Assembly (NCBI GenBank): GCA_947074345.1
Contig: CAMTPH010000001.1
Span: forward strand, 48,650-112,649
Reading direction: 5' to 3'
Source: an uncultured Bacteroides sp.
GTDB lineage: Bacteria > Bacteroidota > Bacteroidia > Bacteroidales > Bacteroidaceae
Length of the DNA: 64,000 nucleotides
Shown here: positions 52,701-61,498 of the stretch, one piece after another
Layout: each line of letters starts with the position of its first letter
Numbering within the stretch: the first letter of the stretch is position 1
Made by a program: the position numbers and the translations under genes
Notes under the pieces: generated by a model
What the model saw: only the letters and a program-made list of their open reading frames with translations
What the model was told of the DNA's origin: nothing
Database searches by the model: none

Positions 52701-54337
52701 ATAGCGTACTATTGAATGCAACCTTTACTGACTTCCCTACAGATATAGCCAATGTGTTTATACCAAGTGAGATGGCTACTCTTTCGGGTAATATCGATGG
52801 AAATGTTCATGTGGGTGGTTATACAGACTCTCCTATAATTGAAGGTACAATTGTAATGGATAGTGTTGCTGTTGACTCAAAACAATATGGAGTTAAGTTT
52901 AAATTGGGTAACAAGCCACTCGAAATAAAGAATAGTCGCCTATCATTTAATAAGTATTCTATATACTCCACAGGAAACAATCCATTTATAATAGATGGGT
53001 ATATCGATTTTAGAGATTTCGCTAAGCCTACTGCTAATATAAAACTGAAAGCAAATAATTATGAACTACTAAATGCTAAACGAACCAAAGAGAGTTTAGT
53101 ATATGGTAAGGCGTATATAGATATTGATGCTACACTTAAAGGTCCGTTAAGTGCATTGCAAATGCGTGGTGGGGTGGCTTTATTGAATAATACAAATGTT
53201 ACCTATATTCTTACTGATTCACCTTTGACTGTTCAAGATCGTTTGAGTGGTTTGGTTACTTTCACTTCCTTTAGTGATACAACGAAAGTTGTTAAAGATG
53301 ATGCATCAGTAGTATCGTTTGGCGGATTAGATTTAGTCATGGGCATCGAAATTGATCCGACTGTTCAGTTCAATGTAGACTTGAGTCCCGATGGAACAAA
53401 CAAAGTAGATGTGCAAGGTGGAGGTAACTTATCCTTTAAGTATACTCCTCAAGGTACGATGTCTCTTACTGGGCGATATACATTGACGAGTGGATTATTG
53501 AAATTCACCTTACCTATTATTCCTTTGAAAGAGTTCCAAATTCAAGATGGTAGTTATGTAGAATGGATGGGAAATCCAATGGACCCACTCTTGAACATAA
53601 CAGCTTCTGAAAAGATGAGGGCTTCAGTAGGAATGGATAATGGGGCATCGCAAATGGTGAACTTTATAATCTCTATAGTTGTCAAGAACCGCTTAGAGAA
53701 CCTTTCGCTTGCTTTTGAAATCAGTGCACCCGATAATGCCGAAGTTCAAAATCAATTGGCAACTATGGGCCCTGATGAACGGAGCAAACAAGCAGTTGCA
53801 ATGTTGATAACAGGTATCTATTTGGCTGATGCCGGATCGTCTGGTGGATTTAATATGGGTTCTGCTCTTAATAGTGTATTGTCAAGTCAGTTGAACTCAC
53901 TGATGGGCAATATCAAAAATGCTAATTTGAGTGTAGGTGTCGAGAATAACACATCCAATACTGGAGGTAACCAAACAGATTATAGTTTCAGTTATTCACA
54001 GCGATTCTTTAATGACCGGTTCCAAATAGTAATTGGCGGTAAGGTATCTACGGGAGCAGATGTGAGTTATAGTGCCGAGTCGTTTATCAATAATATATCG
54101 TTAGAGTATAGATTGGATAACTCTGCTACACGATATATCAGAATATTCTATGATAAGAATTACGAATCATTACTTGATGGTGAAGTTACCGAAGGTGGTG
54201 TAGGTTTGGTTCTTCGTAAAAAGATAGATAGATTGGGAGAGTTGTTTGTCTTTAAAAGAAAGAAGAAAGAGAAACAACAACATGATGAGAATGAGGTAAT
54301 GCAAGAAAAAGCTAAAGCAAAAGATGAAAATGAATAG
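49775..54337 (+). CDS. tamB: Translocation/assembly module TamB (DUF490) protein
   Basis: N-terminal TM anchor LLYVPPVQN, long beta-rich body, C-terminal G.Y....G...W.GNPMDP.LNITA DUF490-like region; adjacent to an Omp85 gene. Confidence 0.85.
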   Translation: MKRRRRILKWIGWIILTPILLFITIMILLYVPPVQNLLRKVVNKEVSKAIGMDLNVGRIDLRFPLNLLVRDVDVVQHPDTLLTLGSLNVRVQLMPLFKGQIDVDKVALDDVKVNSANLIDGMKIQGELGHFFLKSHGINLSKEEALVNLVELSDTRIKLTLNDTTTTEKVDTTSTKVNWKFDITSVNLKDVAFEMDTPVDTTTMSARLDILNINDVSVDLGNESYGLRKLLLDNGSFKMNTGTAKPSVGFDPSHLALNQIKIDIDSVLYHGHDIKAVINECSMYERSGLTISSMTTRVFSDSTLIKVPYFNLLTPHSQINFSAQTYWELINIPTDGHLSARFDAQIGKQDVLLFAGDMPDKFKEAYPFRPLIIQAGTEGNLKQMQISRIRVDLPGAFSINGGGELYNLTDSLKRSANVDLQMQTQNLGFLTTLADMQPGDPLVIPDNMFMDMRLTMEGPQLDANMLLREGVGSLILQAGLNLTSEEYKANLQINDFQVDNFLPKDSIYGVTAKFDVTGKGLNPVLPKSTANLNASIDKLQYTKFNISGITLDATIKNAIAQANIISDNSLLKMKAEAEYNLASSVPQGKADLNVAYVNLTELGILKQPLKKDLAFTLHGQLAKDSIAVDFASGDLKLDFGSYDGLDVLIKKSTVLGKTIARQLDEHELDIDKLRALLPDLFLNVSAGKNNALAWFLDTKKMSYKDIGINLDINDIDGINGDLAIHAFKIDTLQLDTIYFDIKQDTTCIAMDGGVINGPKNPHIAFSSNLGLKLCNEDVQLMIDYKDGKGKTGILFGVNARSLTEGHGKGNGLIFTLLPEKPIFAFNQFQFEDNKNWIYLHKNKRVYANVDMRDQEGVGVSIQSLPTDTVSLQNIDVELRNIELANIFKVIPYMPNITGLFSVECHYVQTTESLQLSAEATIDSLTYEKQHVGDLSIGASWLPGENGKQYVTTYLDHNNKEVLTADGALYPTVHKKDSVLLNATFTDFPTDIANVFIPSEMATLSGNIDGNVHVGGYTDSPIIEGTIVMDSVAVDSKQYGVKFKLGNKPLEIKNSRLSFNKYSIYSTGNNPFIIDGYIDFRDFAKPTANIKLKANNYELLNAKRTKESLVYGKAYIDIDATLKGPLSALQMRGGVALLNNTNVTYILTDSPLTVQDRLSGLVTFTSFSDTTKVVKDDASVVSFGGLDLVMGIEIDPTVQFNVDLSPDGTNKVDVQGGGNLSFKYTPQGTMSLTGRYTLTSGLLKFTLPIIPLKEFQIQDGSYVEWMGNPMDPLLNITASEKMRASVGMDNGASQMVNFIISIVVKNRLENLSLAFEISAPDNAEVQNQLATMGPDERSKQAVAMLITGIYLADAGSSGGFNMGSALNSVLSSQLNSLMGNIKNANLSVGVENNTSNTGGNQTDYSFSYSQRFFNDRFQIVIGGKVSTGADVSYSAESFINNISLEYRLDNSATRYIRIFYDKNYESLLDGEVTEGGVGLVLRKKIDRLGELFVFKRKKKEKQQHDENEVMQEKAKAKDENE

Positions 54338-56681
54338 ATCTCTTTTCATAAAGATAAGTACTTGGTTCTGTTTACTGGGAGGTATACTGTTGGTAGCTGC
54401 ATGCTCCACCACCAAAAATCTTCCAGAAGGAGAAATATTATATACAGGTTACAAAATTAATTACGATAATCAAAACCCAACACCTGTTGGTAAAACGGCT
54501 GTTGGAGAGATTAATTCAGCATTAGATAAAGCTCCTTCTACAAAGTTGTTTGGTATGCTGCCTATACCTTTTGGTATGTGGGTTTACAATGATTTCGTAA
54601 AGTATAAAAAGGGGTTTGGTAAATGGATATTTAATAAATTTGCTGCTAAGCCTGTATATATAACTACAGTCAACCCAGATGTACGTGTAAAGATTGCCAC
54701 TAATCTGCTACATGATTATGGTTACTTTAATGGTTCGGCAGGTTATAAAACGATTGCCGATCCAAAAGATTCATTAAAGGCCAGTATTACTTATTCGGTT
54801 GATATGAGGAATCCTTATTTTATCGATACACTCTATTATCAAGGATTTGCCCCAACTACAATGCGTATCATTGAACGTACTAAACGTAGATCTTTGATCA
54901 AGCCGGGTGAGCAATTCAATGTGCCTGCATTAGACCAAGAACGCGAACGTATCAATACCACTTTACGTAATTTGGGTTACTTCTACTTCCGTCCAGACTA
55001 TATGGTTTATCAGGCTGATACAACAAGAGTGCATGGCGGTCATGTTGATTTACGAATGATACCAGCTGCAGGTTTACCCGAGATAGCGCAAAAACAATTC
55101 TATGTAGGCAAGGTAACTGTGTCGATAATGGGTAAAGATGGACAAGTTCCAAATGACAGTATCGACTATAAAGGTATGACTATTCATTATTATGATAAAT
55201 TGCACGTCAGACCCAAAATGATGTATCGTTGGATTAACTATCAGTCATTTGTTAAGAACGATTCAATACGCAAGCTGCAGAGTCGCAGACTATACAGTCA
55301 ATACCGTCAAGAAAAGATTCAAGAGAAGATTGCCCAAACAGGTATTTTCTCGTTTATGGACTTACAATATGTACCTCGTGACACCACTGCTACTTGTGAT
55401 ACGTTAGATGTAACATTGCAAGCAACAATGGCTAAACCATTGGAAGCCGAATTCGGTGTGAATGTAAAGGTAAAGAGTACAGATCAAGCCGGCCCAGGTG
55501 CTTCTTTCTCAGTAACCAAATTCAATGTGTTTGGTGGTGGAGAGACTTGGAATGTAGTTCTCGATGGTTCTTATGAGTGGCAAATTGGACCAAGTAAAGG
55601 TGGTGGCGGTTCATCAATGAATAGTTGGTCAATGGGTGCATCTACTTCATTAACATTCCCTCGTGTAATCTTTCCTACCTTTGGTAGACGTGAACATAAC
55701 TTTCCGGCAACAACAACCTTTAAGTTGTATGCAGAGCAATTGAATCGTGCCAAATATTATAGGTTGCTAGCTTTTGGTGGTAATGCAACTTATGAGTTTC
55801 AGACTACAAAAGTTAGTAAGTTTAGTTACACGCCTTTTAAACTAACCTTCAATGTGTTGCAGCGTGAAACAGAAGAGTTTAAAGAGATTGCAGAAACAAA
55901 TCCAGCTCTATATATCAGTTTAGAGAACCAGTTTATACCGGCAATGGACTTTACCTATACATACGATAACTCTTCGGTGAAGGGTGTAAAGAATCCTATT
56001 TGGTGGCAATCATCAATAACATCAGCAGGAAATATCGTATCTTGTTTCTACGCTATGTTTGGTCAACCATTCGATAAAATGAATAAAGGTTTGCTGAATA
56101 CTCCTTTTGCACAGTTTTTAAAGGTCTCTTCTGATTATCGTTATCTATGGAAATTAGATTCGAAGAATGCCATTGCTATGCGTGTTGCAGGTGGTGTGCT
56201 GTGGTCGTATGGTAATAAAAAGATTGCACCATATACCGAACAGTTTTATATTGGTGGAGCCAATAGTATTAGAGCATTTGCAGTAAGAGGTTTAGGTCCT
56301 GGTGGAACTAAGCCACATACCGGCAAATATGGTTACTTAGACCAAACAGGTAATATTCGTATGGAAGCCAATATTGAGTACCGTTTCCCTATCTGGGGAG
56401 ATATTCATGGTGCTGTATTTCTCGATGCAGGTAATATATGGTTGATGCGTTACGATCCAAAGAAACCCGAAGGCCAGTTGAAGCTAAAAACATTGCCTAA
56501 AGAAATCGCTTTAGGAACAGGTGTCGGTATTCGTTATGACTTAGACTTCTTAGTATTCCGTCTTGACTGGGGTATTCCGTTGCACGATCCATGGGATACA
56601 GGCAAAAAAGGATACTACAATATAGAAGGTAAGTTTATACGTCAAACTGTATTGAATTTTGCCATAGGCTATCCTTTCTAA
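54324..56681 (+). CDS. Omp85 family (TamL/TamA-like) lipoprotein
   Basis: Lipobox VAAC; FYIGGANSIRAF, EANIEYRF, FLDAGNIW, GIRYD, C-terminal FAIGYPF. Confidence 0.88.
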   Translation: MKMNRSLFIKISTWFCLLGGILLVAACSTTKNLPEGEILYTGYKINYDNQNPTPVGKTAVGEINSALDKAPSTKLFGMLPIPFGMWVYNDFVKYKKGFGKWIFNKFAAKPVYITTVNPDVRVKIATNLLHDYGYFNGSAGYKTIADPKDSLKASITYSVDMRNPYFIDTLYYQGFAPTTMRIIERTKRRSLIKPGEQFNVPALDQERERINTTLRNLGYFYFRPDYMVYQADTTRVHGGHVDLRMIPAAGLPEIAQKQFYVGKVTVSIMGKDGQVPNDSIDYKGMTIHYYDKLHVRPKMMYRWINYQSFVKNDSIRKLQSRRLYSQYRQEKIQEKIAQTGIFSFMDLQYVPRDTTATCDTLDVTLQATMAKPLEAEFGVNVKVKSTDQAGPGASFSVTKFNVFGGGETWNVVLDGSYEWQIGPSKGGGGSSMNSWSMGASTSLTFPRVIFPTFGRREHNFPATTTFKLYAEQLNRAKYYRLLAFGGNATYEFQTTKVSKFSYTPFKLTFNVLQRETEEFKEIAETNPALYISLENQFIPAMDFTYTYDNSSVKGVKNPIWWQSSITSAGNIVSCFYAMFGQPFDKMNKGLLNTPFAQFLKVSSDYRYLWKLDSKNAIAMRVAGGVLWSYGNKKIAPYTEQFYIGGANSIRAFAVRGLGPGGTKPHTGKYGYLDQTGNIRMEANIEYRFPIWGDIHGAVFLDAGNIWLMRYDPKKPEGQLKLKTLPKEIALGTGVGIRYDLDFLVFRLDWGIPLHDPWDTGKKGYYNIEGKFIRQTVLNFAIGYPF

Positions 56682-56816
56682 ATATTACATTTGTTTTAAA
56701 TAGATACAATCACGATAAAGTTTGAGTGATATTTCATTTCGTTAAGTGTTTAAAAAGACTACCTTTGCAGCGATTTCAAAATGAAATAACATTAACCTAT
56801 TATATTATACAAATTT

Positions 56817-57719
56817 ATGAAACCGACTTTATTTGTTCTTGCTGCTGGTATGGGCAGCCGTTATGGTGGTCTTAAACAATTAGATGGTTTAGGCCCTAAT
56901 GGTGAAACTATTATGGATTACTCTATTTTCGATGCTATTCGTGGTGGCTTCGGTAAAGTAGTATTTGTAATTCGTAGAGATTTTGAACAAGACTTCCGTG
57001 AAAAGATTCTTAGCAAATACGAAAACCATATTCCTGTAGAACTAGTATTTCAAGACAGAACAAACTTACCAGAAGGATTCACTTGTCCTGAAGACCGTGT
57101 AAAACCATGGGGAACTAACCATGCTGTTTTGATGGGTAAAGATGTAATCAATGAACCATTTGCTGTAATCAATGCAGATGATTTCTATGGTCGCGATAGC
57201 TTCGCTGTGTTGGGCAAAGCATTGTCTGAGATGGAAGGAACAACAGGTGACTATTGCATGGTAGGATATCGTGTTGGTAATACATTGAGCGAAAGCGGTA
57301 GCGTAGCACGTGGTGTTTGCGAAACAAACGCTGATGGTTTATTGACTACAGTTGTTGAACGTACAGCTATCGAGCGTATCGATGGTAAAGTATCTTTCAC
57401 AGACGAGAATGGTGTATTGCAAACTATTGCTGATAACACTCCTGTATCAATGAATATGTGGGGATTCACTCCAGATTATTTCACTTATTCAGAAGAGTAC
57501 TTCAAAGAGTTCTTGAAAGAGAATATCAACAATCCTAAAGCAGAATACTTCATTCCACTTTTGGTAAACAAATTGGTAAACGAAGGTACAGCTACTGTTA
57601 AGGTATTAGATACAACAAGCAAATGGTTTGGTGTAACTTATGCCGAAGATCGTCAAGGTGTTGTAGATAAAATCAATGCATTGGTAGCAGAAGGAGAATA
57701 TCCTAACAAGCTATTTTAA
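56817..57719 (+). CDS. NTP-transferase family (sugar-phosphate nucleotidyltransferase-like) protein
   Basis: LAAGMGSRYGGLKQ, KPWGT, INADDFYG. Promoter TACCTTTG 56760-56767. Confidence 0.85.
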   Translation: MKPTLFVLAAGMGSRYGGLKQLDGLGPNGETIMDYSIFDAIRGGFGKVVFVIRRDFEQDFREKILSKYENHIPVELVFQDRTNLPEGFTCPEDRVKPWGTNHAVLMGKDVINEPFAVINADDFYGRDSFAVLGKALSEMEGTTGDYCMVGYRVGNTLSESGSVARGVCETNADGLLTTVVERTAIERIDGKVSFTDENGVLQTIADNTPVSMNMWGFTPDYFTYSEEYFKEFLKENINNPKAEYFIPLLVNKLVNEGTATVKVLDTTSKWFGVTYAEDRQGVVDKINALVAEGEYPNKLF

Positions 57720-57740
57720 TTGATTGATATTAAGATAATA

Positions 57741-57772
57741 GAAAGGGGAAGCATCATGCTTTCCCTTTTTTT
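57741..57772 (+). terminator. Intrinsic terminator
   Basis: AAAGGGGAAGCAT-C-ATGCTTTCCCTTTTTTT. Confidence 0.8.
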
Positions 57773-57811
57773 GTATATTTGTTGCACTACAAAATCTAAA
57801 TACAACTACTT

Positions 57812-59167
57812 ATGAATAGAAAAATCTTATATCAGCTACCTCTACTGCTCATCCTTTTAGTAGTGTATTCGTGTAAGAACGAAAGTGATGATAAAGAAAC
57901 AAGCGCTACCAATAAGTGGATTGAAACAAATATGCGCCATTGGTATTATTGGTATGATAAAATGCCTAGTGGCAATAAATTAAATTTCAGTTCAACCCCC
58001 GAAGACTTTTTTAAATCGCTCTTAGTAAGTGCCGATGGAAAGAACGGCTACCATTACTCTTCTATCAAAAAGAAAAGTGCAGTAACTCGTAGTAGTAGCA
58101 ATGAACCTACATTTGGTTTCGAATTTCAGAATTGGGTGAACACGGCGAATAGCTATGCGGTTAATGTACTCTATGTGCTACCTAACTCGCCTGCCCAAAA
58201 AGCGGGACTGAAAAGAGGTGAGTGGATTATGAAAATCAATGATGCTTATGTAAACACCACCAATATCTACGATTTAATTGGTAGTAAAAGCATCAAACTT
58301 CATGTGGCAAACAGTTGGACTAGCGATCCTAGTAAGATGAGGTCTATCGAAATGACTCCCGGCGTTGTCGAGGATAATCCGATTTTTTATACCAATATCT
58401 ACCAAGGTCAATCCACCGGAATGAAGAAAATAGGATACATGGTGTACAACCACTTTACCGGCGGCCCAAGTGGCGACTCAGATACTACTTACGATAATCA
58501 GATGAAGGCAGAGTTCGCTAAATTTAAAGCAGCAGGTATCGACGAATTTATCATAGACTTGCGTTACAATGGCGGTGGTTTGATAACTTGCGCTCAAGTA
58601 ATGGCTCAAGCGTTGGCTCCAGCAAGTGCTATCGGCAAGATGTTCTGCAATACTGTATACAATGATGTAGTCAAAAAAGAAACCCCTTATTACCTAAATA
58701 GTAATGAAGAGAATCTCGATTTGCCTCGATTGTTTGTGTTGACAAGCACACGAACTGCATCTGCATCAGAAGCTGTAATCAATGGATTGCGTCCATATTA
58801 TGATGTAATATTACTTGGCGAACAAACCGAAGGTAAAAACGTAGGTTCGGTAACCCTTACCGAAGATAAATACGATTACGAATTGCATCCTATTGTATGC
58901 AAAGTATTCAATGCCAAAGGCGAATCAAATTATAGCAATGGTTTTACTCCTAATTGGACATTAGAGGGAACAGACCGTTTGATAAATGGACATACAGAAA
59001 TGGGAGATGAGGAGAACGATGTGTTGCTAAGAACTGCTATAGAGATGTGTGCCGGTAGTGCAATATTGTCGCGTACATCGTCAGTTCAAAGCTTAAACCT
59101 AACTCCTGGTTACTGCTCTCTACAAGATAAGCCTCAGTTTGGGCTTCGCGAACCAAGCAATCAATAG
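57812..59167 (+). CDS. S41 family peptidase lipoprotein with PDZ domain
   Basis: Lipobox VYSC; YVLPNSPAQKAGLKRG (PDZ), DLRYNGGG, TASASE, GEQTEGK. Promoter TATATTTG 57774-57781. Confidence 0.88.
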   Translation: MNRKILYQLPLLLILLVVYSCKNESDDKETSATNKWIETNMRHWYYWYDKMPSGNKLNFSSTPEDFFKSLLVSADGKNGYHYSSIKKKSAVTRSSSNEPTFGFEFQNWVNTANSYAVNVLYVLPNSPAQKAGLKRGEWIMKINDAYVNTTNIYDLIGSKSIKLHVANSWTSDPSKMRSIEMTPGVVEDNPIFYTNIYQGQSTGMKKIGYMVYNHFTGGPSGDSDTTYDNQMKAEFAKFKAAGIDEFIIDLRYNGGGLITCAQVMAQALAPASAIGKMFCNTVYNDVVKKETPYYLNSNEENLDLPRLFVLTSTRTASASEAVINGLRPYYDVILLGEQTEGKNVGSVTLTEDKYDYELHPIVCKVFNAKGESNYSNGFTPNWTLEGTDRLINGHTEMGDEENDVLLRTAIEMCAGSAILSRTSSVQSLNLTPGYCSLQDKPQFGLREPSNQ

Positions 59168-59220
59168 TTATACCAAACTAAGACGTTATAAATATCATAT
59201 TAGTCAAGAATAATGAGTTT

Positions 59221-59296
59221 GATAACTGTTAACTATTATCGTGTTGAATGTATATAACTAACGCGATAATAGTTAACAGTTATCGTGCTAAATATA
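59221..59296. repeat. Second locus of the 44-bp-period GATAACTGTTAACAGTTATC family
   Basis: Cores at 59221 (GATAACTGTTAACTATTATC) and 59265 (GATAATAGTTAACAGTTATC); spacer similar to 45810-45833. Confidence 0.85.
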
Positions 59297-59368
59297 GCAG
59301 TCTAAAAATCGTTTATTAGTAGTCTGTTCATTAAGTGTAGAAGATGTACAGTTGCTTTGATTAATAGT

Positions 59369-59408
59369 GTCCGTTTGCCGTGTACAAACTCGGTGAACGG
59401 ACTTTTTT
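59369..59408 (+). terminator. Intrinsic terminator
   Basis: GTCCGTTTGCCG...CGGTGAACGGAC followed by TTTTTT. Confidence 0.7.
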
Positions 59409-59519
59409 ATATCAGCAAACCTCTTAATAACTATTCTTTTATCCATTCTAAAACCTGAAGCCACAATTTATACTTATCTTTGTCGCACTCAAATAATAAA
59501 GAAGAATTTAAATTCAAAT

Positions 59520-61472
59520 ATGATATCAGTTGAAAGCTTGAAAGTGGAGTTTAACGCAACTCCATTGTTTGAAGATGTTTCGTATGTAATCAATCGTAAA
59601 GATCGCATCGCGTTGGTTGGAAAAAATGGTGCCGGAAAGTCAACCATGCTCAAGATACTTGCCGGATTGCAAAACCCAACTTCCGGAAATGTATCGGTGC
59701 CTCGCGAAGTAACCATTGGCTATTTGCCGCAGGTAATGAAGTTGGCCGACAATCGTACGGTGATGCAAGAGGCAGAAATGGCGTTCGAGCATATCTTTGA
59801 GTTGCAAGCCGATTTAGAACGAATGAATCAGCAATTGGCTGAGCGCACAGACTACGAGTCTGAAGATTACCATAAACTTATCGACCGCTTCACGCACGAA
59901 AACGACCGCTTCTTGATGATGGGTGGTACTAACTTTCATGCCGAAATAGAGCGTACATTGATGGGATTGGGGTTCAGTCGTGCCGATTTCGATCGTTCAA
60001 CATCCGAGTTCTCGGGTGGATGGCGCATGCGTATCGAGTTGGCCAAACTATTGCTTCGCCGTCCCGATGTATTGTTGCTCGATGAGCCTACCAATCACTT
60101 GGATATCGAGAGTATTCAGTGGCTCGAAAATTTCCTTTCTACTCGCGCTAATGCTGTTGTATTGGTCAGCCACGACCGTGCATTTTTAAATAACGTAACT
60201 ACGCGTACCATCGAAATCTCTTGTGCGCAGATATACGACTATCGAGTTAAGTACGATGACTTTATAGAACTTCGCAAAGAGCGTCGTGAGCAACAAAAGC
60301 GTGCTTACGAAAATCAACAAAAACAGATAGAAGAGACCGAAGCCTTTATTGAGCGTTTCAGATACCAAGCTACAAAAGCCATTCAGGTGCAAAGCCGTGT
60401 TAAGCAATTAGAGAAAATAGTGCGCATTGAGGTCGACGAAGAAGATAACTCATCGCTTCGCTTGAAGTTTGTGTGTTCGAGCCGTAGCGGAAGCTATCCT
60501 GTAATTTGCGAAGATGTAGCTAAGTCTTATGGCGAACATACCGTTTACAAAGATGTCAATCTAACCATCAATCGTGGAGAGAAAGTAGCATTTGTAGGAA
60601 AGAATGGAGAAGGTAAGTCGACCCTCGTAAAATGTATCATGGACGAGATAACCGATTTTAAAGGTAAGCTTACGCTCGGACACAATGTACAGATAGGCTA
60701 CTTTGCGCAAAATCAAGCACAAATGCTCGATGGTGAAATTACGGTATTCGATACCATTGATAGAGTAGCCGTTGGAGATATTCGTACAAAAATACGCGAT
60801 ATACTAGGTGCATTTATGTTTGGTGGCGAGGCTTCAGATAAGAAGGTAAAAGTGCTTTCGGGTGGAGAAAGAACCCGCTTGGCTATGATTAAGCTTTTGT
60901 TAGAACCTGTCAATCTGTTAATTCTCGATGAGCCTACCAACCACTTAGACATGCGTTCTAAAGATGTGTTGAAAGAGGCAATCAAAGAATTTGATGGTAC
61001 AGTGATAATTGTTAGCCACGACCGTGATTTTCTCGATGGACTTGCGACTAAAGTGTATGAGTTTGGTGGTGGTGCTGTAAAAGAACACATTGGTGGTATT
61101 TACGAATTCCTTCAAAAGAAGAAGATAGAGAGCCTAAACGAGCTGTCTACTTCGCCAACAGCTGCAATATCTAAAGCTAAAGAAGAGAGTGGACAAGCTG
61201 CTGCTTCTGATAATAAACTATCTTATGAAGCTCAAAAAGAGATGAATAAGAAAGTGAAGAAGCTTGAAAAGCAAGTAGCTGAATGCGAAACATCTATCGA
61301 GAAGAAGGAGAGCGAAATTACTGCATTGGAAGAGAAAATGGCTACACCAGATGGAGCTGCTGATATGAAATTGTATGAACAACATCAGCAACTGAAACAA
61401 CAACTCGACGAAATAGTAGAACTGTGGGAACAGGCATCTATGGAGCTTGACGAGTTGAAATCTCAACTTTAA
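59520..61472 (+). CDS. ABC-F family ATPase (YheS/Uup-like) with C-terminal coiled coil
   Basis: Two ABC cassettes (GKNGAGKST, FSGGW, LDEPTNHLD; GKNGEGKST, LSGGE), no TM domains. Promoter TATCTTTG 59475-59482. Confidence 0.93.
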   Translation: MISVESLKVEFNATPLFEDVSYVINRKDRIALVGKNGAGKSTMLKILAGLQNPTSGNVSVPREVTIGYLPQVMKLADNRTVMQEAEMAFEHIFELQADLERMNQQLAERTDYESEDYHKLIDRFTHENDRFLMMGGTNFHAEIERTLMGLGFSRADFDRSTSEFSGGWRMRIELAKLLLRRPDVLLLDEPTNHLDIESIQWLENFLSTRANAVVLVSHDRAFLNNVTTRTIEISCAQIYDYRVKYDDFIELRKERREQQKRAYENQQKQIEETEAFIERFRYQATKAIQVQSRVKQLEKIVRIEVDEEDNSSLRLKFVCSSRSGSYPVICEDVAKSYGEHTVYKDVNLTINRGEKVAFVGKNGEGKSTLVKCIMDEITDFKGKLTLGHNVQIGYFAQNQAQMLDGEITVFDTIDRVAVGDIRTKIRDILGAFMFGGEASDKKVKVLSGGERTRLAMIKLLLEPVNLLILDEPTNHLDMRSKDVLKEAIKEFDGTVIIVSHDRDFLDGLATKVYEFGGGAVKEHIGGIYEFLQKKKIESLNELSTSPTAAISKAKEESGQAAASDNKLSYEAQKEMNKKVKKLEKQVAECETSIEKKESEITALEEKMATPDGAADMKLYEQHQQLKQQLDEIVELWEQASMELDELKSQL

Positions 61473-61498
61473 TGCACTATATTAAAGGCTAAATAATA

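Noticed and set aside
59520-61472. ABC-F as an antibiotic-resistance (ARE) gene acquired horizontally
   Set aside because: It looks somewhat GC-richer by eye, but the architecture fits housekeeping YheS/Uup-like ABC-Fs, it sits in core context and there is no mobility signal.
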